From: Gnetum montanum
Lineage: Eukaryota > Plantae > Gnetophyta
Direction of reading: 5' to 3'
NCBI GenBank assembly: GCA_015680685.1
Contig: MNCI01001323.1
Span: 6,644 to 70,643 of the forward strand
Length of the DNA: 64,000 nucleotides
Shown here: one piece after another, positions 24,693 to 36,911 of the stretch
Numbering within the stretch: the first letter of the stretch is position 1
How the letters are laid out: the number at the start of each line of letters is the position of its first letter
Made by a program: the position numbers and the translations under genes
The notes under the pieces: model-generated
Seen by the model: only the letters and a program-made list of their open reading frames with translations
What the model was told of the DNA's origin: nothing
Database searches by the model: none

Positions 24693-25710
24693 TGTTGATC
24701 TTTTGGTATGCCAAAACCTTGAAAAATGGAGAATTTGTTAGTATGTTTGTGAGATCTTGTAGGTCTATGGAAAGTGAATGTAACATATTAAGAAGACCAA
24801 GTTGAAAGCAAGAATCAATGAATTGGAATGCTAAAGTCCAATGAGAATATGCAAAGGTTTGAAGAAAATTACAAGAGTATGAGATGTCACAAATTCCAAT
24901 GAAGATGTCTTGGAGAATAAAAAGAATTCTTACATTGTTATAAGACATCTCTTCTAAGAAACTCTAGTCTCAAGAAAGACATCTCTTTACAACATGAGAC
25001 GTCTCAAGATAAGCCAAGACATCTTATGTAAGACATCTCATGCAAGACATCTTACCTTAAGTTAAAATATCTCATCTAAGATGTCTCAAGCCTTGACAAG
25101 ATGTCTCACCTACAAGTAGAAACGTATAGTGAGACATCTCATACTCGTAGAAGATGTCTCAACTACCATTTCTAACCATTGTATATTTTCCAATGGGTAG
25201 ATGAAGAAGAGTAAGGCTATAAAAGTAAGACATCCTTATTAAGAAATGAACAGCACTATTCATGTAATCAAGCACTCATTGTATACATCTCTAAGAAATT
25301 TTATCCTTCATTTATTTATCATTTTTTGTGTTGTTTTTTGGTTTGTTAAGCCTAAAAGTAAGGAATCAAAATTTTAGTTCATTTTCTTCCTTTATCTTTC
25401 TATTTCTTATTATAAGCCCTAAGGAACTAGGTGTGCTTCTTGAGAGAAGCCATCTTTTAAGATTCTTGAAAGCTTAAGGGGTTATGTGTGTTTCGAAGAG
25501 AAAAAACCCCTAGAGGAGCTCAAGATTTTGTAAAGGTTTTCATTTCCTTGAAATCACGTTTTGAAGGAACAAAGTCTAGAGGTGTGTAAAGATTCTACCC
25601 TTTGAGCATAGATGTATCCAAGTTGGGGAACCATGTACATGCTACTCTGCAATAATTGGATTTCATTGGCTGGAACTTATTTAACCCTCCTTCTAAGTTC
25701 TTAAGCCTCA
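24693..25710 (+). repeat. 3' LTR of SIRE-like element F
   Basis: TGTTGATC...GCCTCA. Homologous to the solo LTR 62560-63759. AGACATCT/AGATGTCT array at 24900-25160; TATA CTATAAAAG at ~25217. Confidence 0.8.
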
Positions 25711-26687
25711 AGATAACTCTCCATCACTAGCTTGCTCTTATCAATAAGATCTTGGATTTCATACTTTAGATTCCTACAATTATCTATATCATATCTAGCA
25801 ATTTCGTGATAATAGAAGTACTTCCAATAGTTATACCACTTAGGCATCTTAGATTCACCTTCTTATCTTTGAGAAAGATCCATAGATAATAGTTGAATGT
25901 AATAATAGTGTGCTCTGGCTTGATTAGAGAATTTCTTCTTATTAAGATGGCCACCCCTAAGAATCTTGTCTAGGAGTAGAGAGTGTTTCATAGGTATCTT
26001 GATGTGTTGGTCTCTACTCCTTGAGGCTTGCATTACTAAGTGAAAGAGGAAGCAACTAATGGAGCATCTTTTATCCCTTAAAGAAAGAAGAAACAACTAC
26101 AGAAGTTGGTGATTCCTTCTCTTTTTTGGTAGCCTAGTTAGCCTTGTAATGGACTGACATAAATTTCTATTCATTATGTTGAATGGTTGCTTCTTCAATG
26201 CATCTGGCAGTTAGGAAAGCATCATTTATAAAGTGAATGTAGTTAATTATTGCAACATCAAAAATATCTTACAAGAAAAATTCTTTCAAATGATAAGGAA
26301 GTTTTCTTGATGTCACTATCCATTGAGAAATAAATTTATCAATGGGCATATTTATAGCTTATTCATGATAAAAAAAGACATAATTCTTGTGCTTTGGGGC
26401 ATATTAAACTTTAAGTGCACTATGAAGGTTGTTAACAATTGCTCTAGAGAGGTGATAGATCCATGTGCTAGGAACCTATACAATTTCAAAGCTCTTTCAA
26501 AACAAAAGTTTGAAAAGTGTCTCAGCACAATATGTGGATATGGAGCTAGAAGCATGCATTCATTCATGAATATGGGCACATGATTCATGGGATTTTCTAT
26601 TTCACCATTATACTTTGTAAAAGTAGGCTTCACAACTCCCTTAGGCAAGATTGGCAAAGGGATAGCAAAGCTTATGGGATTACTTAA
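25711..26687 (-). pseudogene. Tat-type gag fragment (target site of element B)
   Basis: KPTFTKYNGEIENPMNHVPIFMNEC...GSITSLEQLLTTF, plus knuckle remnant KYFYYHEIARYDIDNCRNLKYEIQDLID. Confidence 0.85.
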
Positions 26688-28392
26688 TGTTGTGACCAAA
26701 AACCTCAATTTCTGGAATGAAAAGACCAAGGATTTCTTGTGTAGGTAGTTTCTCAACCATGAATCCCTAGGGCCTTCATGATAAAAATGGGATTCAAGGT
26801 GCCTTGGCTAATCTAGCAGATCAACCAAGGACTTAGAAGATGCAAAACATGGAAATATGAATAGATCCAAATAATCCACAAATAGTAACTTGAATTTTAT
26901 TGAACACAAAACTCAAAACTTAAAAATTTATTAGGAAGAGAATAAAGAATAATTTAGAGAAATGTGTACAAAAAATGGTGCCTAGATGAGAAAAAAAGGG
27001 GTCCACTTATACCAGAGTTCAAAGCCTGTTGAAGCCAAGAAGATCTACTCCACAATCTAGATGCCAAGCCACTCTTGATGCTATAGGACTTTCCTTCACT
27101 GCTACAACCTTGGATCTACAAATTGGTCACTACTGAGAGGTAAAAATGGGGGAATATTTGGATGCTAAATTTCTCCACACTGGGTTTGGAATCCTAGAAG
27201 TGTACTATTAACATCAAAATCCACCAAGTCTCAAGGCCTCAATGCTTCCATTTTGGGGTTCAAGAGATTGCAAGTATGGAATCTTGCTAAAAATGTCCTA
27301 GGTGGGGAGTTGCATCTGTGTAAATTGCTACTGAAATTTTCTTTATAAAACTTTTCTCAACCTTGTCTAAAAATTTGGAGCTTGCTAGAAAATTTCAGAA
27401 CCAATTGCTCTCCCTTTTACTTAAAGTTGCTAAACATTGCCCCTAAAATTGCTCGAAATTTTGAAACCTGTAAATGGTGTTGGAGTTTGGCTTTTATAGG
27501 ATCTTTGGGCCATAAATGGGGCTATAAATTGGCTATTATTGGGCTGTAAAATGGCTCCAAAACTACTACAAAAATGGCTACAAATTTGATGTAATTTTGC
27601 TGCAAATTAGCTACCATATTTAGGTCAACTGGGCACCCAAATTTGGGGGGTTACTAAAAATAGTAAATACTTCCCCCCATGGTCATTCCATTTACTAAAA
27701 ATAGTGACCGAGGTACCCTTTCCATGATGGAGATGAATCTTCCATGCTGAGCTCTCCACCATACTTGTTAAAGTGGCTAGTCAATATTGAAGTGCATAAT
27801 TCGATGAATTTTGCTTCTTGTGGCTTCCACACTAAGGGTTTGGATTTTCCACACTGGGGGAGAAACTTTCTAGGCTAAGGAAAACATTTCCAAGCTGGGG
27901 AAAAACTTTCTAGGCTAGGAAAAAAAATTTCCAAGCTAGGGGAAAAGTTTCCATACTGGGGGAAAAAGTTTCCAAATTGTGCCTTTGGTCTCCACATTAA
28001 AGGGGGAAAAGTTTTCAAACCCCCCATCCTTCCACACTGGGGGTAGCTAAGATATACCCCCTAAATGTGTTTTCAATGTAGAAAAATGTCTACCTCTCAT
28101 AAAACCCATCAAAGTGCCCTTTTTGACATTCCAAAAGGCATTTTTGATCCACCCACCACCCCCCCACCTTGCCCAAAGCCCAAATATAGACACTAGGTGG
28201 CCTTTTTCACTTGGGAAATAAAGCTTTGATGACTTATGAGGAAATTTTCAGCTCCAAAAGTATAAATTATGTGAAATCGTCCATTTTGGATTACAATTTT
28301 CACATTTACAATGAAATTTTACTTCAAGTCTCATGGGGTAAAAGCTACATGTTAAGGATTAGTTATGATATGCAAAATTTTGTGGTGTTTCA
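26688..28392 (-). repeat. 3' LTR of element B (1705 bp)
   Basis: Minus strand TGAAACACCAC...GGTCACAACA. A sampled 120 bp has 20 mismatches to the 5' LTR (~83% identity), 17 of them transitions. ~21-bp TTCCA(C/A)GCTGG repeats at 27825-28045. Confidence 0.9.
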
Positions 28393-28405
28393 ATGACCTC
28401 TCTTT
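28393..28405 (-). promoter_or_regulatory. PPT of element B
   Basis: AAAGAGAGGTCAT abuts the LTR start. Confidence 0.8.
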
Positions 28406-28628
28406 GTTGGTGTCTAGAGGATTGACCTGAGAGGCACTAACAAAGAATAAAAAACACCACTACATATTATAATGCTACAATGCATAGAGGCCACATAAGA
28501 ATTAAGCTATCCAAGTCACCAATGTTTAACATTGCGGTATATGAATTTAAGGCCCCGGCAGGTCATGTTGCCAGTTTAAGGTCATAGAAGACCATTGAAA
28601 GTAGGCTCACTTGTTAACGATCTATCAG

Positions 28629-31600
28629 CTACATGTAGTATGGCTTTAGATAGGAATGATTGACTCAATTGGCCAGCTCATTCCCATCCATGTTGGCCAT
28701 TCTGAATGCTCCATTTCCATAGGCTTTGGTGACAAGGAAGGGCCCTTCGCAATTGGTTGAGAATTTATCTGCATGCTCATGGATGGCCTTGAAGATGAGG
28801 TCCCCCTCCTTGATATTGCACATGGTTAAGTTATGATGATGTTGTCACTTCTACCTGTCTTGATAGTTCTTGATGTGAGCAAGTGCTTGCATACACCACT
28901 CTTCCACCAAATCTAGTGTTGTTGTTTACAACTCCTGGCTCTTCTCATCATTGATGAAGTTGATCAAGGCTACTTGAACCAATGGCACCTACAATTCAAA
29001 AGGTAAAAAAACTTCAAAACTGTAAATAAGGCTATAAGGGGTCATGCTAGTTGCCATGTGATAGGTTGTTCAATATGCCCATAGTGCATGGACAAGCCAC
29101 TCATGCCAGTTCTACTTATTATTGTTGAGCATCTTCTTGAGCAAGTTGATGATGGCCTTATTGATTGCTTCTGCTTGTTCATTGGCTTGGGGATAGTAAG
29201 GTGATGAGAAAGAATGCTTAATGCCTAGGTTGTGAAAAAAATCCTTAGTTTCTTAACTACTAAATTGAGGTCCATTATCTGTAACTATGATCATGGATAT
29301 GCCAAAATCAGTTACAATGTTATCTAGGATAAACTTACAAACTTGTCCAAATGTAATCTTCCTTAGGAGAATAGCTTCAGTCCACTTGGTAAAGTATTCA
29401 ATTGTGGTGATGATGAAGCTATGCCCTATGGTAGATTTATGTGTTATGTATCCAATAATATCCAACCCCCATCATTGAAATGACCATGTTATCTGGGTCA
29501 TATGCAACTCAGTTGGTGATACATGTATCAAGTTGTTATATCGTTGACATGTGTCGCATCGCTTAACCTTTTACAAGTAGTCATTTTTCATATAGGGCCA
29601 ATAGTAGCCTAATCATCTAATCTTAGTAGCCATGCCTCTAGGTCCCATATTTCCACCACAAAAATCCTCATGAACCTCCTCTAGGACTATTCTAGCTACA
29701 GTTTTTCCTAAACACTTTAGGAGTATGCCATCATAGGACCATCAACATAATGTGTTATCACCTACAATGACATACTACTTTGAATTATTGCATATGGCAT
29801 CCTTCTGAGAAGTAGTTAGGTCCTATGAGGATTCACCACGCATAAGTTAAAATTTTGTATTTTCATACCACTCCTTGGAAGAAGCAATATGAATGAAGGC
29901 CACAAAGGTATCCTCAATGTTCTGTCTAATAGGGGTAGCATAGTCCATAGTTAAGGTGGACAACTTTCTAAACACATCTGGCATCACACAAAGGGCTAAT
30001 GTCGCAATTTCATCAGCTATGGAAATTTTTTTTCAAGGTATGTGTTGGATATCAACATCTATGAATTATTGTAATAATTGCTTTCCTAGGTTACAGTAAG
30101 GTTGTAAGTGTCTAGCTTTGCATGCATAGACTTTGGTTACTAGGTTAACCATGAGTTGTGAATTGGCTTTGATGGCTAGGCATCTAATTCCTAGGTCATG
30201 AGCTTCTATCATCCCTCTAATCAAATCCTCATATTCTTCTATGTTGTTGGTACATGGGAATCCAAAACAATAGGCAAAGGGTTGGATTTCACTAGATGGG
30301 AATGTTATGATGGCAATAACATTGGCCCCATTGGTGGTTGAAGCTCCATCAAAGTTCATGACTTCCTCATAACCCTCGGGCACTTGGCTAACTATGTTAA
30401 TGTGTTCATCAGAGAACTCATGATCGATGGCTACTTGGTCATCAACTAATGAAACTATAAGTTGTACGGCTACAGCTTAACCTTTTGTCAAAGATTAAGA
30501 GATGTAATGGAGGTTGAATTCCATGGTTATGGCTTTCCATCAGGCTATACCACTACTTTCATAGATGTTGATCATTATGGCTCTGAGTATGCTCTTCTTG
30601 CAAATAATTTTGACTTGGCTTCTAAGGAAGTAGTATCTCCATTTCTTCAAAGAGAATACTAGTGCTAGGCAATGCTTCTTCACTTCAGTGTATTAGGACT
30701 CATGGGCTACTAACGCATGGCTAAGGTAGTATATAGGAAATTCTTCTCTATCATTGCATTTTTTACAAAGTAGAGAGAAAATGGATGTATTAGAAATGGC
30801 AAGATAAATGTAAAATAGTCTACCCTCTTGTGGAGGATAGACTATAGGTAGTTGTGTTAATTATTGCTTAAGGTTTGCAAAGGCTTCTTGGAATTAGATT
30901 GTCCACTCATAGTGAACCCCTTTCTTAAGCAAGTGGTGCATGGGCTATGAATTATCTGTAAGCCTAGCAATAAACCTACAAATAGACTATAGTCTACCTT
31001 GTAATCCTTAAAGCTCTTTAAGGTTGGTAGGTGTTGCCAATTTGGATATGGCCTTAATCTTATTAGGATCTACATGTATCCCTACCTTAGAGACTACAAA
31101 GCCAAGCATCTTAATGGTCTTGACACTAAAGAGACACTTCTTAAGATTGAGCCTAAGCTCATATTTGAGGCTTTGTTTAAGCACAAGATCTAGGTCATTG
31201 GCTATTTTAGACTTCATATTTATGTCATCTACATAATCATTAAGCAAATATAACATGTAATCATTGATGATATAGGCCATGGCTCTCTGGCATGTCGCTT
31301 TGGCATTCTTAAGACCAAAGGGCATCATGGTATAACAAAAGGTAAGCCATGGGGTCACAAAGGTTATGTTAAGTTGGTGCTTTAGGTTAATCCTAATTTG
31401 GTTATATTTGGAGAATCCATCCATAAAGGACAACAAGGCATCTATGGCTATAGTATCAATAAGTTGATTAATACTAGGCAAAGGAAAGTTATCCTTGATG
31501 GTGGCTTTATTTAGGTCTCAAGAATTAATGTAAATATGGATACTCCCATTTTTCTTAGGGACCACCACTATGCTGGATACCCATTCTACATAATCAACAA

Positions 31601-32141
31601 CCCTAATGAAACCTACTTGGCAAAGCTTTAAGATTTCATCATGAACTGCCAAGGCCAAATCAAGTCTAATCTTGCACACTTTTTGCTTAACTAGTCTAAT
31701 GCTAGGGTCTAGTATGAAATCGTGCTAGACTAGACATGGGTCTAAGTGTAGCATATCCTCATATGACCAAGCAAATACCTTAATGTTGTTTTGTAAGACT
31801 TTAGCGATGTCTTGGATACATTTAGACTCTAGTGAGGTACTTAGTTTAAGGGTTTTCTCCTCACCACTATGTGTTGTGATAGGAACCTCAACTAAAGGAT
31901 CTTCAATTATGTCTCCTACTTCTAAATCAAGGGATTTGACTAGGTATGTAGGCCATTCTAGGGGTTTCTCTACTAAGGCTATGTGGTCTACAAGACTCTT
32001 GGGCTCAAAATCTAGGCAGTCATAGTTGATACATTATTTAATATCATCGTGAGCTCCACGTAGACACAAAGGCAAATTGATTTGCTCCCAAGTACTCATA
32101 CTTTGATCTTGCACATCAACCAAAAGCATATTAAGTGGAAC
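28629..32141 (-). pseudogene. Degenerate pol exon: linker-RT-RNase H-archaeal-type RNase H-integrase
   Basis: RT: VFAWSYEDM, SFMDGFSKYNQI, MMPFGLKNA, YVDD. aRH: MNFDGAS...CTNNIEEYEDLI..NSQL (30066-30383). INT: EYFTKWTEA..VTDNGPQF. Ends KPYYM*. aRH between RH and INT is the Ogre/Retand arrangement. Confidence 0.95.
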
Positions 32142-32844
32142 CTGAATAAAAGTAAATAAATAACATTAACTTATCATGAAACATATGCAAATCTAATGCA
32201 ATCAAGACCATTCAAGGCTGTTAGTAAGATAAGGTTAATTTGGAAAAGAGGCAAACAAAGATCATGTAAAGGTTAAACAAAGGAAAATATAAGGAGTAAG
32301 GCTACAAATAATCAATAAAGGTCATAATTTTACTAGTTTAAGGCCTTAGCGGGTTGTGATGCCATTTTATAGTCTTGGTGGACTATGATGCTACTTTAAG
32401 ATCTTAGTGGGCCATAATCATATGGTGTCAAATGGTGGTCAAGGAAGGTCAAACCCCACTATTTGATACCATTTAAAGGCCAAAAAAGGTAAAATAGAGG
32501 TATGATAACAAAACCAAAGAACATATAGAGTTGTATAGAGGCCATCGAAGGTCAACCATGTCTATAAGGTAACATAAGTCTAAAAAACAAGCCAAAACAT
32601 TACATAATANTATAAGGCAACATAAGTCTAAAAAACAAGCCAAAACATTACATAATAATTCAAAAATCAAGCAAAACAAGCCATATATGATAAAATTTGA
32701 TTAATATAGGTTAAAAATGCTTACATTTTACCAGTTTTAGGCCTTATCAAGCCATGTTTTTAGGCTACAGGGCTATTAAGAGAGTTCAAGCATCAATTTG
32801 AGTAATTTCTAGGTTGTCTAGACTCAAAAATCAAGCATTTTGAG

Positions 32845-35800
32845 GTTTCCACGCTAGGCCCAACGTGAAAATAAGGACCCCTAGTATGGAAAATAAGAAA
32901 ATATGTTTGAGGATGCTCAAAGGTCCAAAAATGAAGTCCTAGAACCTTCCCAAGGCAACGTAGGGTCAAATCCATCAAAATTGGGCTCCCCAAAGGTATA
33001 TAAAGGCCAAAAAGTAGGTTCTGAAGCCTTCCCGTGTTGTTTCCACACTAGCTAGGGGGTTAGCATGGGGAACCAAAATACAAGTGAAAATTTGATCACA
33101 CATTGTCAAAAAGGTAGCTAGAGTCTAGATCTGGAACTTGTGCACCTCCCAACTTCATTCTAATGCAATTTGAGATCATTTTGAGTGTCAATAGGTGTTG
33201 AAATGGCTTTCCTCCTTCTTCCACACTTGGTGCAGTATCCTTACTATGGAAAAATAGGGGGAACTTTTTTGATGAATTCAAGGTGATTTTGGGACACCTT
33301 GACTAGGTTTCTAGGCCCCTAGGACTGCAGAATTTGATTCTACAAGTTTCTGGCTAATTTTGGGCATGTGNCCTAGCATGGAAGAACGGGGGAAATGGTT
33401 TTTTGAGGTTGGGAGAAAGTTAGACAAGTAAAATCTTAACATTGTAAGGTCTTGGGCTTCTCTAGTGAAGATCTTTGGCTTTCAGGAATGTCATCTTGCC
33501 TTCAAAAGTGAAAAAGCAACTTCCCCTTTATTTCCATGTTTTGGAGGTTACTTTAGCATGGAAGAAGTAAGAATCTTAGATCTAGGCCAATTTGAATCAT
33601 AATCAACCATGCATGTTACCTCTTGGGTTTGCCAAGGTTAAAGGCTATGGATCCATATCAAAGTTTGATAGTTTTGGGCATCACCAAGTGGTTTTTTGGC
33701 TTTCCCCCTTTCTTCCACATTGGTTATGGAAAGCTTAGTGTGGAAAATAAGAGGGAATAAATTTCTAACCAATTTTGGCCTTAATAAACTTTGCATGTTG
33801 GTTTCTAGGGCTGTCAGGATCAAGGACTAAGGTTTTGGAAATTTTGGGCATTCCCAAGTGGATTTTTGGATTCCCCACACCCCCCGCCATTCCCCCACCC
33901 CATTTCTTTCATGCTAGGGATAGAAATCTCAAAGTGGATAACAAAAGGGAGTGGATTTTTCACCAATTTTGGCCTTAATCGACTTTGCATGTCAGCATCT
34001 AGGGCGACTGAGGTTGAGGATCGAGGTTTGGCACTTTTGGGCATTCTCAAGTGGGTTTTTGGCTTCCCCCATTTCTTCCACATTAGGGATAGAAATATCA
34101 ACATGGAAAACAAAGGGAAGTGAATTTTGATCAATTTTAGCCTGAATCAACTTTGCATGTCATCCTCCAAGGCTGCTGAGGTTGAGGACTGAGGCTTGGT
34201 CTCAAGTTTGGGTAATTTTGGGCATTCCCAAGTGGTTTTTCGACTTCCCACTTTCTTCCATGCTAGGGATACAAATATCAACATGAAAAATAAGGGGGAG
34301 TGGATTTTTGACCAATTTTGACCTCAATCAACTTTGCATGTTAGCCTTCAAGGCTACTAGGGTCAAGGACTGAGGTTTGGTCTTAAGTTTTGGTAATTTT
34401 TAGTATTCCTAAGAGGTTTTTTAGCTTCCCCACTTTCTTCCACGTTGGGAATAGAGATATAATGGTGGAAATCAAGGGGGAGTGATTTTTGTTTTATAAA
34501 TTTTGACCTCAATTAACTTTGCATGTCAACCTTTGAGGCTACAAAGGTCAAGGACTAGGATCTAGTATCAAGTTTTGGTAATTTTGAGTATTCCTAAGTA
34601 CTTTAGCTTCCCCTCTTTTTTCCACACTAGAGATAGAGAGCTCAACATGGAAAATAATGGGTTGTTGATTTTTAACCAATTTTAACCTCAATCAACTTTG
34701 CATGTCAACCTCTGGGGCTACCAGGGTCAAGGATTGAGGTCTAGAGCCAAAACTTGGTCATTTTAGAGGTTTTTTAAGTGGTTTTTGGACTTTCCCCAAT
34801 TTTTTCCATGTTGGGGCTTCCATTCTTAATGTGAAAAAATATGAAGAAATATTTTAATTCTTTATGGTCACTTTTGATCATGCATGTGTGTTCCTATGGT
34901 TGTTGGTGATCATGTTCAATGCCTAGTGTCAAAATTTGGCTATCCTAAAGGTTGATAAGTGGTGTTTTGGCTTTTACCCCTTTTTTCCATGCTAGGGCTT
35001 CTATGCTTTACATGGAAAAAGGGGGAAATTATTTTTCATATTTTCGACCACTTTTGACCATGCATGTAGGTTTCTAGGGTTGGTGAAGATGACTACTGTT
35101 ACTTGATGTTAAAATTTCATTGTTTCAAAGTTGACAAGGAATTTTTTGAACTTCACCCACTTTTTCTACACTATAACTTCCATGATTAGTGTGGAAAAAT
35201 AAAGGAAAATATTTTTTATCACTTTTGACCACTATCAGGCATGCATGCAAGCTTCCCAAGTTACTAACATCGAGTATTAACATCTGATGTCAAAATTTGG
35301 TTGTTTCAAGGTTGTTTAGGCATTTATTGAAATCCCCATCCATTTTCCCATGTTGGGGCTTCCAAGAGTAGTGTGGAAAATTGGATGGAAAGCTTTTTTA
35401 TCACTTTTGACCACTTTTGGTTATGGATGCAAGCCCCTAAGGTTACTAGTGTTGCTTACTATCATTTGACTTTAAAATTTCACTATTTCAAGGGTCATAA
35501 TTTATTTTTTGAACTCCCCCATCATTTTCCATGCTAGGCTTCCATGCACAATTTGAAATATTTAAGGAAAAGTGTTTTCAGTTATTTTTTATCAATCTGG
35601 TCATGCATGAGTATTCACAGGGTTTCTAATGTTGGTCATCAATGCCTAAGGTCAAGATCTAGTCATTTTCTTAGCTATGATTCGGTTTTCAAGCTTCCTC
35701 CTAGTTTTTCCATTCTAAGGGTGTAGGGTTCAACATGGAAGAGGTCCCTTAAATTAGGAAAGTTAGATCTAGGCTAGATCTATAGTTGATCGATCATGCA

Positions 35801-36490
35801 TGTCAACCTCCAGGGTTGCCAGTGTTGACGATCAATGTTGGGTGTTAAGATTTGATGGTTTGAAGGCTTTTAAGTGCATCATGAAAATTTCCCCCTTTCT
35901 TCCATGCTAGTAATGGTGGCCCTAGTGTGGAAAAGAGGGGGTGATAGATTTGTACCATTTTTAACCAATTTTGAAGCTTCTTGAAGCTTTGCAGGGTTTT
36001 GGCAGGGTCTAGGATCACCAAGCATTAAGAAATGGTCATTAGGTCATCAATTTGGATCATTTTTGGCTTTACCCCCCTTTCCCCTCCCCTCCTTCCATGC
36101 TTAAAAAGTCTCCCCCAACATGGAAAACACCAAATCCTAGTTTTCAACTAGTTCTAACTTGTTTTGGAAAAGTTTTGTGAGGTTTTGAGGCTACCTGAGA
36201 CATTTAGAAGGGTCCTAGATCATGTGGAACCCACTTTGAGGTTAAGCTTGTGCTAGATGGATATTGGGAGGCAAGATTGATTGTCAACCCCTCCTTCCAC
36301 ACTGGGCACTAGTGCACAGGCATGGAAATCCATGGTGCTCAACCTTGTTCATGTTTTGTACAAATCTGGAAACTCGGTGTTGAAAAAGGTAAGTCTAGGT
36401 TGCTAAAAATAGAAAGATGTTCTAATGCTAATAAATTTCAAAAATGATAAACATGTTTCCATGTTAGGCATGATATTCCTAGTGTGGATG
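32845..36490. repeat. ~181-bp tandem array (~20 units), most units with a 33-bp palindrome
   Basis: TGCATG anchor (one degenerate) at ~33610, 33792, 33986, 34154, 34335, 34520, 34699, 34881, 35061, 35242, 35424, 35604 and 35797. TTCCA..-N11-..TGGAA occurs in most units. Confidence 0.9.
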
Positions 36491-36911
36491 CATGGAGTAA
36501 GGTTACCATAATGTTTTAGATGCTGGAATTGGTAAGTTTGGTCAAAAGGGAAGGCATAAGGTGGGGCCCACAATCCAAAAATTTAAAATTTAGAAAATTG
36601 AAGTTGTTTCCCTCTTAGAAAAAATGTGAACTAAACTTTCCCCCCTTTTTCTTTAGTGCACTTGTAGTCATGGTGCACTGAATTATAAGCTGGGATTTTG
36701 TTTAGGTTTTGGTGGGTCTTATAAGTCAATATTTGTAACTTTTGTTCATAATTTTCATTCTTTAGCAACAGTGCATTGAAGGAGAGCTTTGGAAAATATT
36801 TGTGTGGTATCCATAACCAATATTTAGTTTGGAGGCCTCCCATATCCCTTGTATCCAACATAGAATCCTAATCTTGTCCCAATTTTCCTCTTTCTCAATG
36901 TTCAGCCTACC

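Larger units (their letters stand above)
19370..25710 (+). mobile_element. 3' half of a SIRE-like Ty1/copia element (F): accessory-gene region, multiple PPTs, 3' LTR
   Basis: PPT-like CCAAAAGTGGGGAGAG (~24243) and TCAAAAAGGGGAAGAT-TGTTG (24677-24697). LTR end TATTTAACCCTCCTTCTAAG...CA. No pol domain was confidently seen, so the class call rests on cis motifs. Confidence 0.6.

Noticed and set aside
32563-32660. 48-bp tandem duplication
   Set aside because: The copies flank an N at 32610, so this is probably a contig-overlap artefact.
32845-36490. CRISPR-like array
   Set aside because: The sequence between palindromes is itself repeated rather than unique spacers, there are no cas genes, and the context is a eukaryotic retroelement.
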